This document shows, in pieces, positions 9,054 through 16,895 of a stretch of DNA of 47,369 nucleotides (its first letter is position 1; the number at the start of each line of letters is the position of its first letter). A program made the position numbers and the translations under genes. The notes beneath the pieces are model-generated. The model did no database searches. It was not told the DNA's origin and saw only the letters and a program-made list of their open reading frames with translations. Source of the stretch: Parcubacteria group bacterium GW2011_GWC1_45_13 (GTDB lineage: Bacteria > Patescibacteriota > Minisyncoccia > UBA11713 > 2-01-FULL-45-33); the NCBI GenBank assembly GCA_001001285.1, contig LCKG01000006.1, positions 1 to 47,369 on the forward strand. The letters run 5' to 3'.

Positions 9054-10223
9054 ATGAAAATAAATGAAGGAAAGATTAAAGAAATTTTGGAAAGGGGCGT
9101 AAGTGGAATAATAGAGAAATCTCATCTGGAGCGCGCGCTCCGATCAGGCAAGAAACTCCGGGTTAAGTTCGGTATAGATCCAACCTCTCCGGACCTGCAT
9201 TTGGGGCACGCCGTGCCTTTTAGGAAACTAAAACAATTCCAAGAGGTCGGGCATGAAATTATTTTTATAATCGGCGACTTCACTGCGCGAATCGGCGACC
9301 CCTCAGGCAGGGAAAGCGCGCGCAAGCCTCTTACGCCGAAAGAAGTTAAAAGTAATTTAAAAAAATATCTGTCCTTAGCTGGGAAGATTATAAATATCAA
9401 AAATGCAAAAATGCTCTGTAACAGCAAATGGCTGGCCAACACTGATACTTTACTGCGCTTGGCCAGCATAGGCAGTATTCAGTACGTGATGAAAAGAGAT
9501 GAGTTTAGGACCCGCCAGGTCGGGGGGCAGGAAATAACCATTTTGGAAGCCATGTACCCACTTTTTCAGGGTTATGACTCCGTCAAAATAGGCGCAGACG
9601 TTGAAGTTGGAGGCGCTGACCAGGAACTTAACCTTTTGGCGGGCCGGAAGCTTCAAAAATATTTTGGGCAGAAGGAACAGGATATATTAATGACTCCGCT
9701 TCTTACTGGCACCGACGGCGTTCGCAAAATGAGCAAAAGCTTTAGTAATTATATTGCGCTTAATGACGCGCCTCAAGATATGTTTGGGAAGATTATGTCC
9801 CTGCCAGACAATTTACTAGAACAATATTTCCTGCTTTCTACGGATGTTCCGATGGAAGAAGCCAAGAAACTTTTGGGCCGGAAACCATTTGAAGCAAAAA
9901 AAGTTTTGGCATATGAAATTGTAAAACTTTATCATAGAGAGAATTTTGCCAATAAAGCCAGAGAATATTTTGAGAAAACTTTTTCAAAAAAAGAAATTCC
10001 TGAAAATCTAAGAATTTACCGCGCGAAGGTGAATGAAGAATGGGCCGATTTTTTGACCAGAGAAAAACTTATATCCTCTCATTCAGAAGCCAAAAGATTA
10101 ATTGAAGGCGGCGGGCTGGATTTTAACGGAAAAAAAATTGCCCGCGCGGGCGAGCAAATTTCCGAAAGCGGAACGGTGAAGATCGGCAAGTACAAATTTA
10201 TTAAAATTGATGTCCGCGCCTAA
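9054..10223 (+). CDS. tyrS: tyrosine--tRNA ligase
   Basis: Class I HIGH (HLGH) and KMSKS motifs plus a C-terminal S4-like domain (SEAKRLIEGGGLDFNGKKI). Confidence 0.88.
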   Translation: MKINEGKIKEILERGVSGIIEKSHLERALRSGKKLRVKFGIDPTSPDLHLGHAVPFRKLKQFQEVGHEIIFIIGDFTARIGDPSGRESARKPLTPKEVKSNLKKYLSLAGKIINIKNAKMLCNSKWLANTDTLLRLASIGSIQYVMKRDEFRTRQVGGQEITILEAMYPLFQGYDSVKIGADVEVGGADQELNLLAGRKLQKYFGQKEQDILMTPLLTGTDGVRKMSKSFSNYIALNDAPQDMFGKIMSLPDNLLEQYFLLSTDVPMEEAKKLLGRKPFEAKKVLAYEIVKLYHRENFANKAREYFEKTFSKKEIPENLRIYRAKVNEEWADFLTREKLISSHSEAKRLIEGGGLDFNGKKIARAGEQISESGTVKIGKYKFIKIDVRA

Positions 10224-10226
10224 TTT

Positions 10227-10382
10227 TTATTCATCCAAATCATCCTCTTCAAGCTCCCAAGCATCCAAATTGTCCGGATCTTCCACGCTTTCTTCCCCAT
10301 CTTCAAGCGCTACGCCACTTTCCTTAATCGCGTCGTCGTCACCCGCGCCCTTGTCTAACTTGTCGTCGTCTAAATTTGCCAT
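10227..10382 (-). CDS. possible small highly acidic protein (51 aa)
   Basis: The internal ATG at 10382 gives MANLDDDKLDKGAGDDDAIKESGVALEDGEESVEDPDNLDAWELEEDDLDE. Same strand as ruvC, 55 nt downstream. No SD, low complexity, and the opposite strand is also open. Confidence 0.3.
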   Translation of the reverse strand: MANLDDDKLDKGAGDDDAIKESGVALEDGEESVEDPDNLDAWELEEDDLDE

Positions 10383-10427
10383 GTTTTCATAGAATAAAAA
10401 AGTTTGTTTTGGCTTGCAAATCAGGGT

Positions 10428-10436
10428 TGTGGATAA
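10428..10436 (+). promoter_or_regulatory. perfect DnaA box (TGTGGATAA = reverse complement of TTATCCACA)
   Basis: Exact 9-mer in the ruvC-downstream spacer. The 11-mer TGTGGATAAGT is identical to the one at 19720-19730. Confidence 0.45.
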
Positions 10437-10437
10437 G

Positions 10438-10914
10438 TTATGGAAAAGTGGCGGAAACAAGGCTTGTAAGCGCCAAGGCTAAAGCATCTGTTTCGTCATC
10501 CAGAAGCTTATTTTTAGGCAAATTTATGGAGAGCTTAAGCATTGAAGCCACATTTTCCTTGCTTGCTCGGCCATATCCACAAATAGCTACTTTGACTTCC
10601 AACGGGGCGAATTCTTTTATGGAAAGGCCGTTTTTTTCGGCAACTGCCAATATTACCCCGCGGACTTCTCCTATGACTAAGGCGGTTTTTACATTTTTAG
10701 CAAAAAACAGCTTTTCGGTTGAAAGCCCGTCGGGCTTTTCTTTTTTTATTAATTTATCCAAAAAATCAAAAATTTCCCAAAGCCTCTCGCTTTCCTTCTG
10801 GCTTTTCAGCGTTTTTTTGACTCCGGAGCGGATTCTTGTCAGTTGACCGCTGTTTTTTTCAACAATTCCCCAGCCCAAACGCTCAATGCCGGGATCAATT
10901 CCTAGGATTTTCAT
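10438..10914 (-). CDS. ruvC: crossover junction endodeoxyribonuclease RuvC
   Basis: MKILGIDPGIERLGWGIVEK N-terminus (catalytic Asp), a later acidic DDETDALALAL motif, and about 160 aa length. Confidence 0.9.
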   Translation of the reverse strand: MKILGIDPGIERLGWGIVEKNSGQLTRIRSGVKKTLKSQKESERLWEIFDFLDKLIKKEKPDGLSTEKLFFAKNVKTALVIGEVRGVILAVAEKNGLSIKEFAPLEVKVAICGYGRASKENVASMLKLSINLPKNKLLDDETDALALALTSLVSATFP

Positions 10915-10927
10915 AACTGTTCTTTGT

Positions 10928-11149
10928 TCATAAGCCGTAAAACTCTTCGCGCGATATACCCATTTCTTTTATGAGCTTATTCAGCAATCCTTTCGGTATA
11001 TCACGAGGATGTTTATGAGGAATTGGAATTGTGATCTCTTTTGTTGGATGGAAGTAAATCGTGTGCTTACTTTTCCGGACAGGAACATATCCCGCCCTGG
11101 CGAGTTTCCTTTTGAGTTCATCATAGCCAACAGGCCTAAGCCTTGGCAT
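10928..11149 (-). CDS. hicA: type II toxin HicA (mRNA interferase)
   Basis: MPRLRPVGYDELKRKLARAGYVPVRKSKHTIYFHP is a typical HicA/YcfA N-terminus. Start chosen at the internal ATG 11149. Overlaps hicB. Confidence 0.8.
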   Translation of the reverse strand: MPRLRPVGYDELKRKLARAGYVPVRKSKHTIYFHPTKEITIPIPHKHPRDIPKGLLNKLIKEMGISREEFYGL

Positions 11150-11396
11150 ACTCTGGCACTTTAACAAACGAGAACCCGCGCACTATTTTTGGTTTCAGAG
11201 TTTCTTTTGGTGGTTCCTTTTTAAATTTGGCGAGCACCTCCAAACATTCTTTGATTGCGGCCTGAATATTTTTGTGTGCCTCTTTTAGGGTTTTGCCGCG
11301 CACTACGCAACCGCGGATTGCCGGAGCCGAGGCAATATATCCGCCACCTTCGCCTTTTTCGTAAGCTATATAAAATTGCAGATTTTGTTTTGTCAT
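11136..11396 (-). CDS. hicB: type II antitoxin HicB (UPF0150-like)
   Basis: GGYIASAPAIRGCVVRGKTLKEAHKNIQAAIKECLE is the HicB N-terminal fold signature. It lies directly upstream of and overlapping hicA. Confidence 0.8.
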   Translation of the reverse strand: MTKQNLQFYIAYEKGEGGGYIASAPAIRGCVVRGKTLKEAHKNIQAAIKECLEVLAKFKKEPPKETLKPKIVRGFSFVKVPEYAKA

Positions 11397-11525
11397 GATC
11401 TTACTGTAGCAAGCTTAAACAACATTTGTCCACTTGCACAATTTGCGGGGTCTGTTTGCGTTTAACCCCCAGATCCTTATTATTGATATATGCCTACTAC
11501 CCTAAAAAAACTATGTTTGCGGCAC

Positions 11526-11536
11526 GAGAGAGAGAG
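11526..11536. repeat. (GA)5G dinucleotide tract between an ATG and the large surface-protein ORF
   Basis: Sequence gagagagagag. ATG at 11513 reads ATG TTT GCG GCA CGA GAG AGA GAG TAA. See the finding at 11513-11595. Confidence 0.9.
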
Positions 11537-11592
11537 TAAAAGCCGCCCGCCTGTCGGCGAGGCAGGCCGCGCTGATATTCTGCGCAGTTTTT

Positions 11593-14325
11593 TTGTTTTT
11601 TGGATTGGTAGCGAACGCCCAAGCGGCGACGACTTTTTTAGAACCCGGAGGAGACGCTACGTTTAATGTAGCTACAGTTGCTAATAATGGTTTTTGGAGT
11701 ATTGTGTCGGGTGCGGCAGTTGCTACCGATTTTGTTCATGGCTCTCATATTAAATCTATAAAATATAGAGCGAATTCTTTTGATGTTGTGCAGTCTCCCA
11801 ATGGTGTACTTAATAATACAGGGACCAGAGTAAGTTTTTATTTATATATAAACGCATTGCCCAGTGCCACGACAGGTTTTGCAAACCTTAGAGCCCTCGG
11901 AGGCGCTAATGGGGCAACTATTCGTCTCACTAGTGCTGGGGTTTTACAGCTTTGGAACCAATCGACGGCACAAATAGGAAGCGACGGTTCCGCTCTGTCT
12001 ACTGGAGTTTGGTATAGAATTTCTCTTGCCGCCACAATTACCTCTTCCACAGTAAATAGATTTGAACTATTTAAAGATGGTGTTTCTGATATTTCTGTGA
12101 CCAACGCCACATTAACAAATGTAACCACGGGCGGCAGACTTGTTCTCGGTAATACAGAGGGAAATTCAACTTTAGACATAAGAACCAGCGACCATTATAT
12201 AGACGACTTGTCCTCCCTCACAGACACGGGCAATATATGGGTTACAGCAAAACGCCCCAATACTAACGGCACGGCAAATGAATTTACGACTCAAATAGGC
12301 GAAAGTGGTTCAGGGTTTGGTTCAGGTCATTCTTCACAAGTTAATGAAAGAGCATTAGATACTGCCAATGGCTGGAGTATTCAGGATGCTTCAAAGAAAA
12401 CTGAAGAATATACAATTGAAAGTCTTTCTCAGGGCGATATAGATTTAACAGGGACAGGCATTGTGGATTATGTGGGCTGGGTTTCTGCAAAAGTTGGAAG
12501 CGCAAGTACGGGGAATATAATCGTGGCGGGCTCGGCAACCAATATCAGCGTGACAACCGCGTATCAGATGTTCACTAAGGTGGCGGGTTCTACGACATAT
12601 CCGGCAGGGAATACTGACATTGGTATGGACACCAATTCAGTAAACCAATTATTTAGTTTGGCCGAAGCTGGGATTATTGTGGCGTATAGTCCCAATACTA
12701 AAGCCATCACTGCTTTTGACTTTAACGCTCTGTCTCCAGCTGTCATTGGTGTTATTGATGAGGGAGCGAAGACCGTCACATTAACTGTTCCATATGGTAC
12801 CAGCCTGACTAATTTAGTTCCAACGATCAATCAGACTGGAGCGTCGGTATCGCCGGCGTCAGGTGCGGCTCAGACCTTCGTTGATGGTACTTCAATAAAT
12901 TACACCGTCACGGCCGCTGACGCTTCCACTCAAGTTTATGCGGTGACAGTCAATGTCGGAGATAATCCTGACACATTCGGCGATAAATGGGACTTCGAGA
13001 CGGACTTCGAGACGGACCAACCCCTCGACACGTCGTTCACGCACGCTGGCGGATCTGTGACACGGAATACTACCCAGCCACACGGAGGGTCATATTCGAT
13101 TGAGATGATTACCCCGGCAACAATTTACAAGCGCGCCGCCGTAGTGAAAACATGGAACGCCTCCGAGGGAGGTTTCGAGGGCGGCATTCGTGTCGCAGAC
13201 TTATGGTTCTACTATCCAAATCCGAGCACGGATGGAGCTATCGAAGTAGCTACTGAGGCGTGGAGCGGCACCCAGTCGCACCTTGCGTCCATTCAGCATA
13301 TAAAGTCTGATGCATACGGTCTCGAAGGTTGGCAGTACTGGCGCAATAACCAATGGAACTACATTCCCGGTGGCGGTCAGGGCGCGACCCTAAGTCAGGG
13401 GGCTTGGCACCACTTTAGAAGCGAGGTTAACTATGACCTTAATCAGTATCGGCGCATGACAATTGATGATACTAGCTATGATATGACGGGACTGTCTTAT
13501 GATGTCGCAGCTAGTGGGCTTGTGTCATTCCGGCAATATTCCATTTTGCGCTGGACTCAGACGGCTGGGTCGGTGACAATGTTTGTGGATGACGTGCGAT
13601 TCGGGAGCATGGGCTTGGTTCCTCAAGCCCCCACCATCGGCGCTCCTCAAGCCCAGTCAGCTTCATCAATCAGATGGAACTTCACGGATAATTCCAATGA
13701 TGAAACCGGCTTCAAGATTTATGATAATAATGACAATACTGTTAATTCGGCTACTCCAGACGGCCTTTCATATCTTGATGAAACGGGATTATTATGCAGT
13801 ACCGGCTATTCTGGCAGATACATCAAGGCCTACAACTCCTATGGCGAAAGCGTAGCTTCGGCTGTGGCTTCATCTCAATCTACCAATACTTGCGGAGAAG
13901 GCGTGATTACGGGAATTATTGGCTCTCGCGGCGGAACCTTGGGAATGACAGCTCCTGTTATTCCTTCTCAAGCCACAACCACACTCGCATCGCAGGTCGT
14001 CGGGGCCTCTTCCGTCTTTACCACAACACCAAAACCTTTGGTGTGGAAGTTTACCTCCAACCTCAAACTCGGCATGAAGGGAAACGACGTCAAACAGCTT
14101 CAGATATTCCTGAATCAGCACCTTGACTCCCCGCTTGCTAAATCAGGCCCTGGCTCTACAGGCAATGAAACGGACTTTTTCGGGCCTCTGACCAAAGCCG
14201 CGGTGATTAGATGCCAGGAAAAACACGCCCAAGAAATTTTGGCTCCTTGGGGTTTGACCAAAGGAACGGGCCTTGTCGGAAGAACCACCAGAGCGAAAAT
14301 TAATGAGTTGATTATGAATAAATGA
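11593..14325 (+). CDS. large secreted protein (LamG/ConA-like regions, Ig-like and FN3-like repeats, C-terminal peptidoglycan-binding domain); N-terminus probably upstream
   Basis: The C-terminus (LGMKGNDVKQLQIFLNQ...FFGPLTKAAVIRCQEKH) is a PG_binding_1-type motif, and there is an FN3-like segment (SSIRWNFTDNSNDETGFKIYD). The track start (TTG 11593) falls inside a signal-peptide h-region that continues in frame upstream without a canonical start. Confidence 0.75.
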   Translation: MFFGLVANAQAATTFLEPGGDATFNVATVANNGFWSIVSGAAVATDFVHGSHIKSIKYRANSFDVVQSPNGVLNNTGTRVSFYLYINALPSATTGFANLRALGGANGATIRLTSAGVLQLWNQSTAQIGSDGSALSTGVWYRISLAATITSSTVNRFELFKDGVSDISVTNATLTNVTTGGRLVLGNTEGNSTLDIRTSDHYIDDLSSLTDTGNIWVTAKRPNTNGTANEFTTQIGESGSGFGSGHSSQVNERALDTANGWSIQDASKKTEEYTIESLSQGDIDLTGTGIVDYVGWVSAKVGSASTGNIIVAGSATNISVTTAYQMFTKVAGSTTYPAGNTDIGMDTNSVNQLFSLAEAGIIVAYSPNTKAITAFDFNALSPAVIGVIDEGAKTVTLTVPYGTSLTNLVPTINQTGASVSPASGAAQTFVDGTSINYTVTAADASTQVYAVTVNVGDNPDTFGDKWDFETDFETDQPLDTSFTHAGGSVTRNTTQPHGGSYSIEMITPATIYKRAAVVKTWNASEGGFEGGIRVADLWFYYPNPSTDGAIEVATEAWSGTQSHLASIQHIKSDAYGLEGWQYWRNNQWNYIPGGGQGATLSQGAWHHFRSEVNYDLNQYRRMTIDDTSYDMTGLSYDVAASGLVSFRQYSILRWTQTAGSVTMFVDDVRFGSMGLVPQAPTIGAPQAQSASSIRWNFTDNSNDETGFKIYDNNDNTVNSATPDGLSYLDETGLLCSTGYSGRYIKAYNSYGESVASAVASSQSTNTCGEGVITGIIGSRGGTLGMTAPVIPSQATTTLASQVVGASSVFTTTPKPLVWKFTSNLKLGMKGNDVKQLQIFLNQHLDSPLAKSGPGSTGNETDFFGPLTKAAVIRCQEKHAQEILAPWGLTKGTGLVGRTTRAKINELIMNK

Positions 14326-14350
14326 TGAATTTGAGGGCGTCTTTTGTGGA

Positions 14351-14382
14351 ATGTCCAAAGCTCGGTTTTGGACATTTGTGTC
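14351..14382. terminator. hairpin between convergent genes (bidirectional terminator candidate)
   Basis: ATGTCCAAA (14351-14359) pairs with TTTGGACAT (14367-14375): a 9-bp stem and 7-nt loop, followed by TTGTGTCTT. Confidence 0.55.
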
Positions 14383-14943
14383 TTACGGCAGTTGTGCGTT
14401 TGAATAGACCTCCTGTACGTCGTCGTGGTCGTCTAGCGCGGAGAGGAGCGCGTCAAACTTTTTTGTATCCGTTTCTGAAAGAGTTTGAGGAAATTTGGCG
14501 ATGAAACCGCCTTCGCTGGGGCTTCGGCGGTCAAAGGCCCACAGCGCCGAACCCTCAACTCCGAGTTTCGCGCCGTGCTCTAAAAGAAGATGTTTTATTT
14601 CATTTGTTGTTCGGTTGGAGTTGTCTGTTATAGCCGTAATGATGATCGCCGACCCACCGGGCCCATAGGCCTCATAAATAACCTCTTTTAATTCAGCACT
14701 TTCTTTGGCAGAGGCTTTTTTAATTGCCCGCTCAATATTATCCGACGGCATGTTTGCTTTTCGCGCTTCTTCTATCGTGGTTGTAAGCCGAGAATTTGTT
14801 TTCGGGTCCGGTCCTCCGCCAGCTGGCGGATTCGCAGCGGCAAGCGTAATCATGCGCGAAAGCTTTGAGAAAATTTTTCCTCGCTTAGCGTCGGTTGCGC
14901 CCTTTTTATATTTTATCTGCGCCCACTTAGAGTGGCCGGACAT
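14383..14943 (-). CDS. YebC/PmpR family DNA-binding regulator (compact form)
   Basis: MSGHSKWAQIKYKKGATDAKRGKIFSKL is the hallmark YebC N-terminus. Confidence 0.85.
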   Translation of the reverse strand: MSGHSKWAQIKYKKGATDAKRGKIFSKLSRMITLAAANPPAGGGPDPKTNSRLTTTIEEARKANMPSDNIERAIKKASAKESAELKEVIYEAYGPGGSAIIITAITDNSNRTTNEIKHLLLEHGAKLGVEGSALWAFDRRSPSEGGFIAKFPQTLSETDTKKFDALLSALDDHDDVQEVYSNAQLP

Positions 14944-15433
14944 TTTGTTTTTTGGCGTAGTCCAAGATTAAGTTTTTCGCCCCATAGACATTAGGCGCCT
15001 GCTCAATCTTGAAAGATTGTTCGCCGGCAGTCTGAATTATAATATTGCCGTATTTAAGAAAAGTGGCCATAATATTCGGTATTTCAATTGTAACATCCTG
15101 CACTCTTTCCAGCATAAATTCCGAAATCTCACGGTTGAAAAGCCCTTTTTGATCAATATCAATAATACGTTCCGAAGTTATAATCCAAATGTCCAAATAA
15201 TAATCAATCCAAAAAACAAAAATCACGAGGACCGCCGCCATCAAATAAATCAAAGCAAAAAACCAGAGCGCTATCTGCGGAATACCCAAGACTGATTCTA
15301 AAAAAGGAAAATAGGGAATAGCCAGAAGCGCAAAAATTAACAGAACGGCGCCGATTAAAAATCTCCAAAAGATCGCTATCCAATGGCGGTGGAGAACCAT
15401 CAAGATTTGTTCGTTTGGCAGTAAGTGAATCAT
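14927..15433 (-). CDS. membrane protein with bacterial PH (YdbT/bPH_2-like) domain
   Basis: Two N-terminal TM helices, then a soluble domain (ERIIDIDQKGLFNREISEFMLERVQDVTIE...GNIIIQTAGE) typical of bPH_2 proteins. Confidence 0.6.
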   Translation of the reverse strand: MIHLLPNEQILMVLHRHWIAIFWRFLIGAVLLIFALLAIPYFPFLESVLGIPQIALWFFALIYLMAAVLVIFVFWIDYYLDIWIITSERIIDIDQKGLFNREISEFMLERVQDVTIEIPNIMATFLKYGNIIIQTAGEQSFKIEQAPNVYGAKNLILDYAKKQNVRPL

Positions 15434-15627
15434 AGTTTCAAGCTAAAAAATAATGCCAAAGAAATAATATTGAGTACGGCAATCGTCACCAAAAAAATCC
15501 AGAGGATCCATTTATAAGAATCCTGCGGCATGGAATATTGTTTTACGTGCCACAAAATTGAAAGCACGACAGCCCAATAAACCGCCAAAAAAAGAATGTA
15601 TATAACCAGCGCCACGATAAAGCCCAT
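15430..15627 (-). CDS. small two-TM membrane protein (hypothetical)
   Basis: 65 aa with two hydrophobic helices. Its stop overlaps the start of the downstream PH-domain gene (4-nt overlap). Confidence 0.45.
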   Translation of the reverse strand: MGFIVALVIYILFLAVYWAVVLSILWHVKQYSMPQDSYKWILWIFLVTIAVLNIISLALFFSLKL

Positions 15628-15643
15628 AAGATTATAATAACAC

Positions 15644-16678
15644 TTATATCAATTTCTGTTGGTCTTGTTTCGGCGCCGTGAGCCCCAAATGCTCATAGGC
15701 TCTCGGGGTAGCTAAGCGCCCTCGGGGAGTGCGTTCCAAAAATCCCAACTGCATCAAATAAGGTTCGTAGACTTCTTCAATGGTGTCATCTTCCTCCATT
15801 ATAGAAGCGGCGATGGTTTGGATTCCCACTGGGCCGCCGCCAAATTTTTTAATAACCGTATCCAAAATTTTTCTATCAATGGATTCCAATCCCAGCTCGT
15901 CAATTTCTAAAAGCTTCAAAGCTTCCTTAGCCAGGGGTACCGTGATTATTCCGTCGCCTTTTACTTCAGCGTAGTCCCGAGCGCGTTTTAAAAGGCGATT
16001 AGCTATACGCGGGGTAAATCTGGAGCGCGAGGCAATTAAGGGAATGGCCAAGCTATCAATTTTTACTCCCAAAATTTCCGCGCTTCTTTTTATAATGCGT
16101 TCAATATTTTCTTCAGTATAAAAATCCAATCTGAAAGACCCTCCCGAAAAGCGTGATCTTAAAGGCGAAGAAAGTAAAGCAATGCGCGTGGTGGCCGCGA
16201 CCAATGTGAAGGAAGGAAGTTCCAATTGGATGGTGCGAGCCGACGGGCCTTTTCCTATGATAATATCCAAGGAGCGGTTTTCCATTGCCGGATATAAAAT
16301 TTCCTCAATAAGTTTATTTAAACGGTGCGCTTCGTCTATAAATAAAATATCTCCCGGGGAAAGATTTGTTAGAATAGAAGCCAAATCGCCAACTTTCTCA
16401 ATCGCCGGCCCGGATGTAATTTTAATTTGGCTGGAAGTTTCTTTTGCTACCAAATGCGCCAGCGTTGTCTTGCCCAAACCAGCCGGACCGTAAAAAAGCA
16501 AATGTTCCAAAGGCTCGCTTCTTTTTTTAGCAGCCTCGATTAAAATTTTAAGGTTCTTTTTAATACTTTCCTGGCCGACATATTCGTCAAAAGATTTTGG
16601 GCGCAACGCCAAATCCAGCGAGAGATCGTCGCTCCGTTTTTTGGGGCTTAATTGGTTTCCAGATTCATTACTTGACAT
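15644..16678 (-). CDS. ruvB: Holliday junction branch migration ATPase RuvB
   Basis: [12 protein letters not shown], Walker A ([11 protein letters not shown]), Walker B ([10 protein letters not shown]), and the C-terminal winged helix ([18 protein letters not shown]). Confidence 0.96.
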   Translation of the reverse strand: MSSNESGNQLSPKKRSDDLSLDLALRPKSFDEYVGQESIKKNLKILIEAAKKRSEPLEHLLFYGPAGLGKTTLAHLVAKETSSQIKITSGPAIEKVGDLASILTNLSPGDILFIDEAHRLNKLIEEILYPAMENRSLDIIIGKGPSARTIQLELPSFTLVAATTRIALLSSPLRSRFSGGSFRLDFYTEENIERIIKRSAEILGVKIDSLAIPLIASRSRFTPRIANRLLKRARDYAEVKGDGIITVPLAKEALKLLEIDELGLESIDRKILDTVIKKFGGGPVGIQTIAASIMEEDDTIEEVYEPYLMQLGFLERTPRGRLATPRAYEHLGLTAPKQDQQKLI

Positions 16679-16691
16679 TTTTATTATTATT

Positions 16692-16700
16692 TGCTATAAT
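16692..16700 (+). promoter_or_regulatory. extended -10 element TGCTATAAT (plus strand)
   Basis: The 10-mer TTGCTATAAT also sits just upstream of ruvA (34323-34332). Here it points into the ORF-free pilB-ruvB spacer. Confidence 0.35.
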
Positions 16701-16740
16701 GGGGATGGTTAATAAAATTTTTGTGAAGGTTTCCGGTTAA

Positions 16741-16895
16741 TAGTCTCTAGGCGATTTCCGCCACACCAGCGGAAGCGGGTTTTTCTCTAAGTTTAGGATG
16801 GCTTGGCGCTTTGCTACAAGTAGGGCTAGCTGGGCCATTCCTCGGAGGTAATCTAAGCTCTCTCTACCCATGGAAGAGCAATCGCCTGGAGACTA
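16741..16895. ncRNA. candidate structured RNA of unknown class (about 155 nt, closed by a 16-bp helix)
   Basis: 16741-16756 (tagtctctaggcgatt) pairs with 16880-16895 (aatcgcctggagacta): 15 Watson-Crick pairs plus one pair that is U.G on the plus strand and A.C on the minus. Internal hairpins: UUCCGC/GCGGAA (16756-16774), GGAUGGC/GCCAUUCC (16796-16841), GCUCU/AGAGC (16857-16879). No ORF of 60 aa or more on either strand. Confidence 0.45.

Noticed and set aside
10207-10392. Ser-rich 61-aa plus-strand ORF (SSKSSSSSSQASKLSGSS...)
   Set aside because: It is the low-complexity mirror image of the acidic minus-strand ORF and overlaps the tyrS stop region. No start context. Judged a shadow ORF.
16741-16895. 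SRP (4.5S) RNA or 6S RNA identity for the pilB-ruvB structured region
   Set aside because: The SRP helix-8 signature (GGAA tetraloop flanked by the AGCA/GGAAGCAGC symmetric loop) is absent. The predicted multi-hairpin junction is not the rod with central bubble expected of 6S. It is kept as an unclassified candidate.
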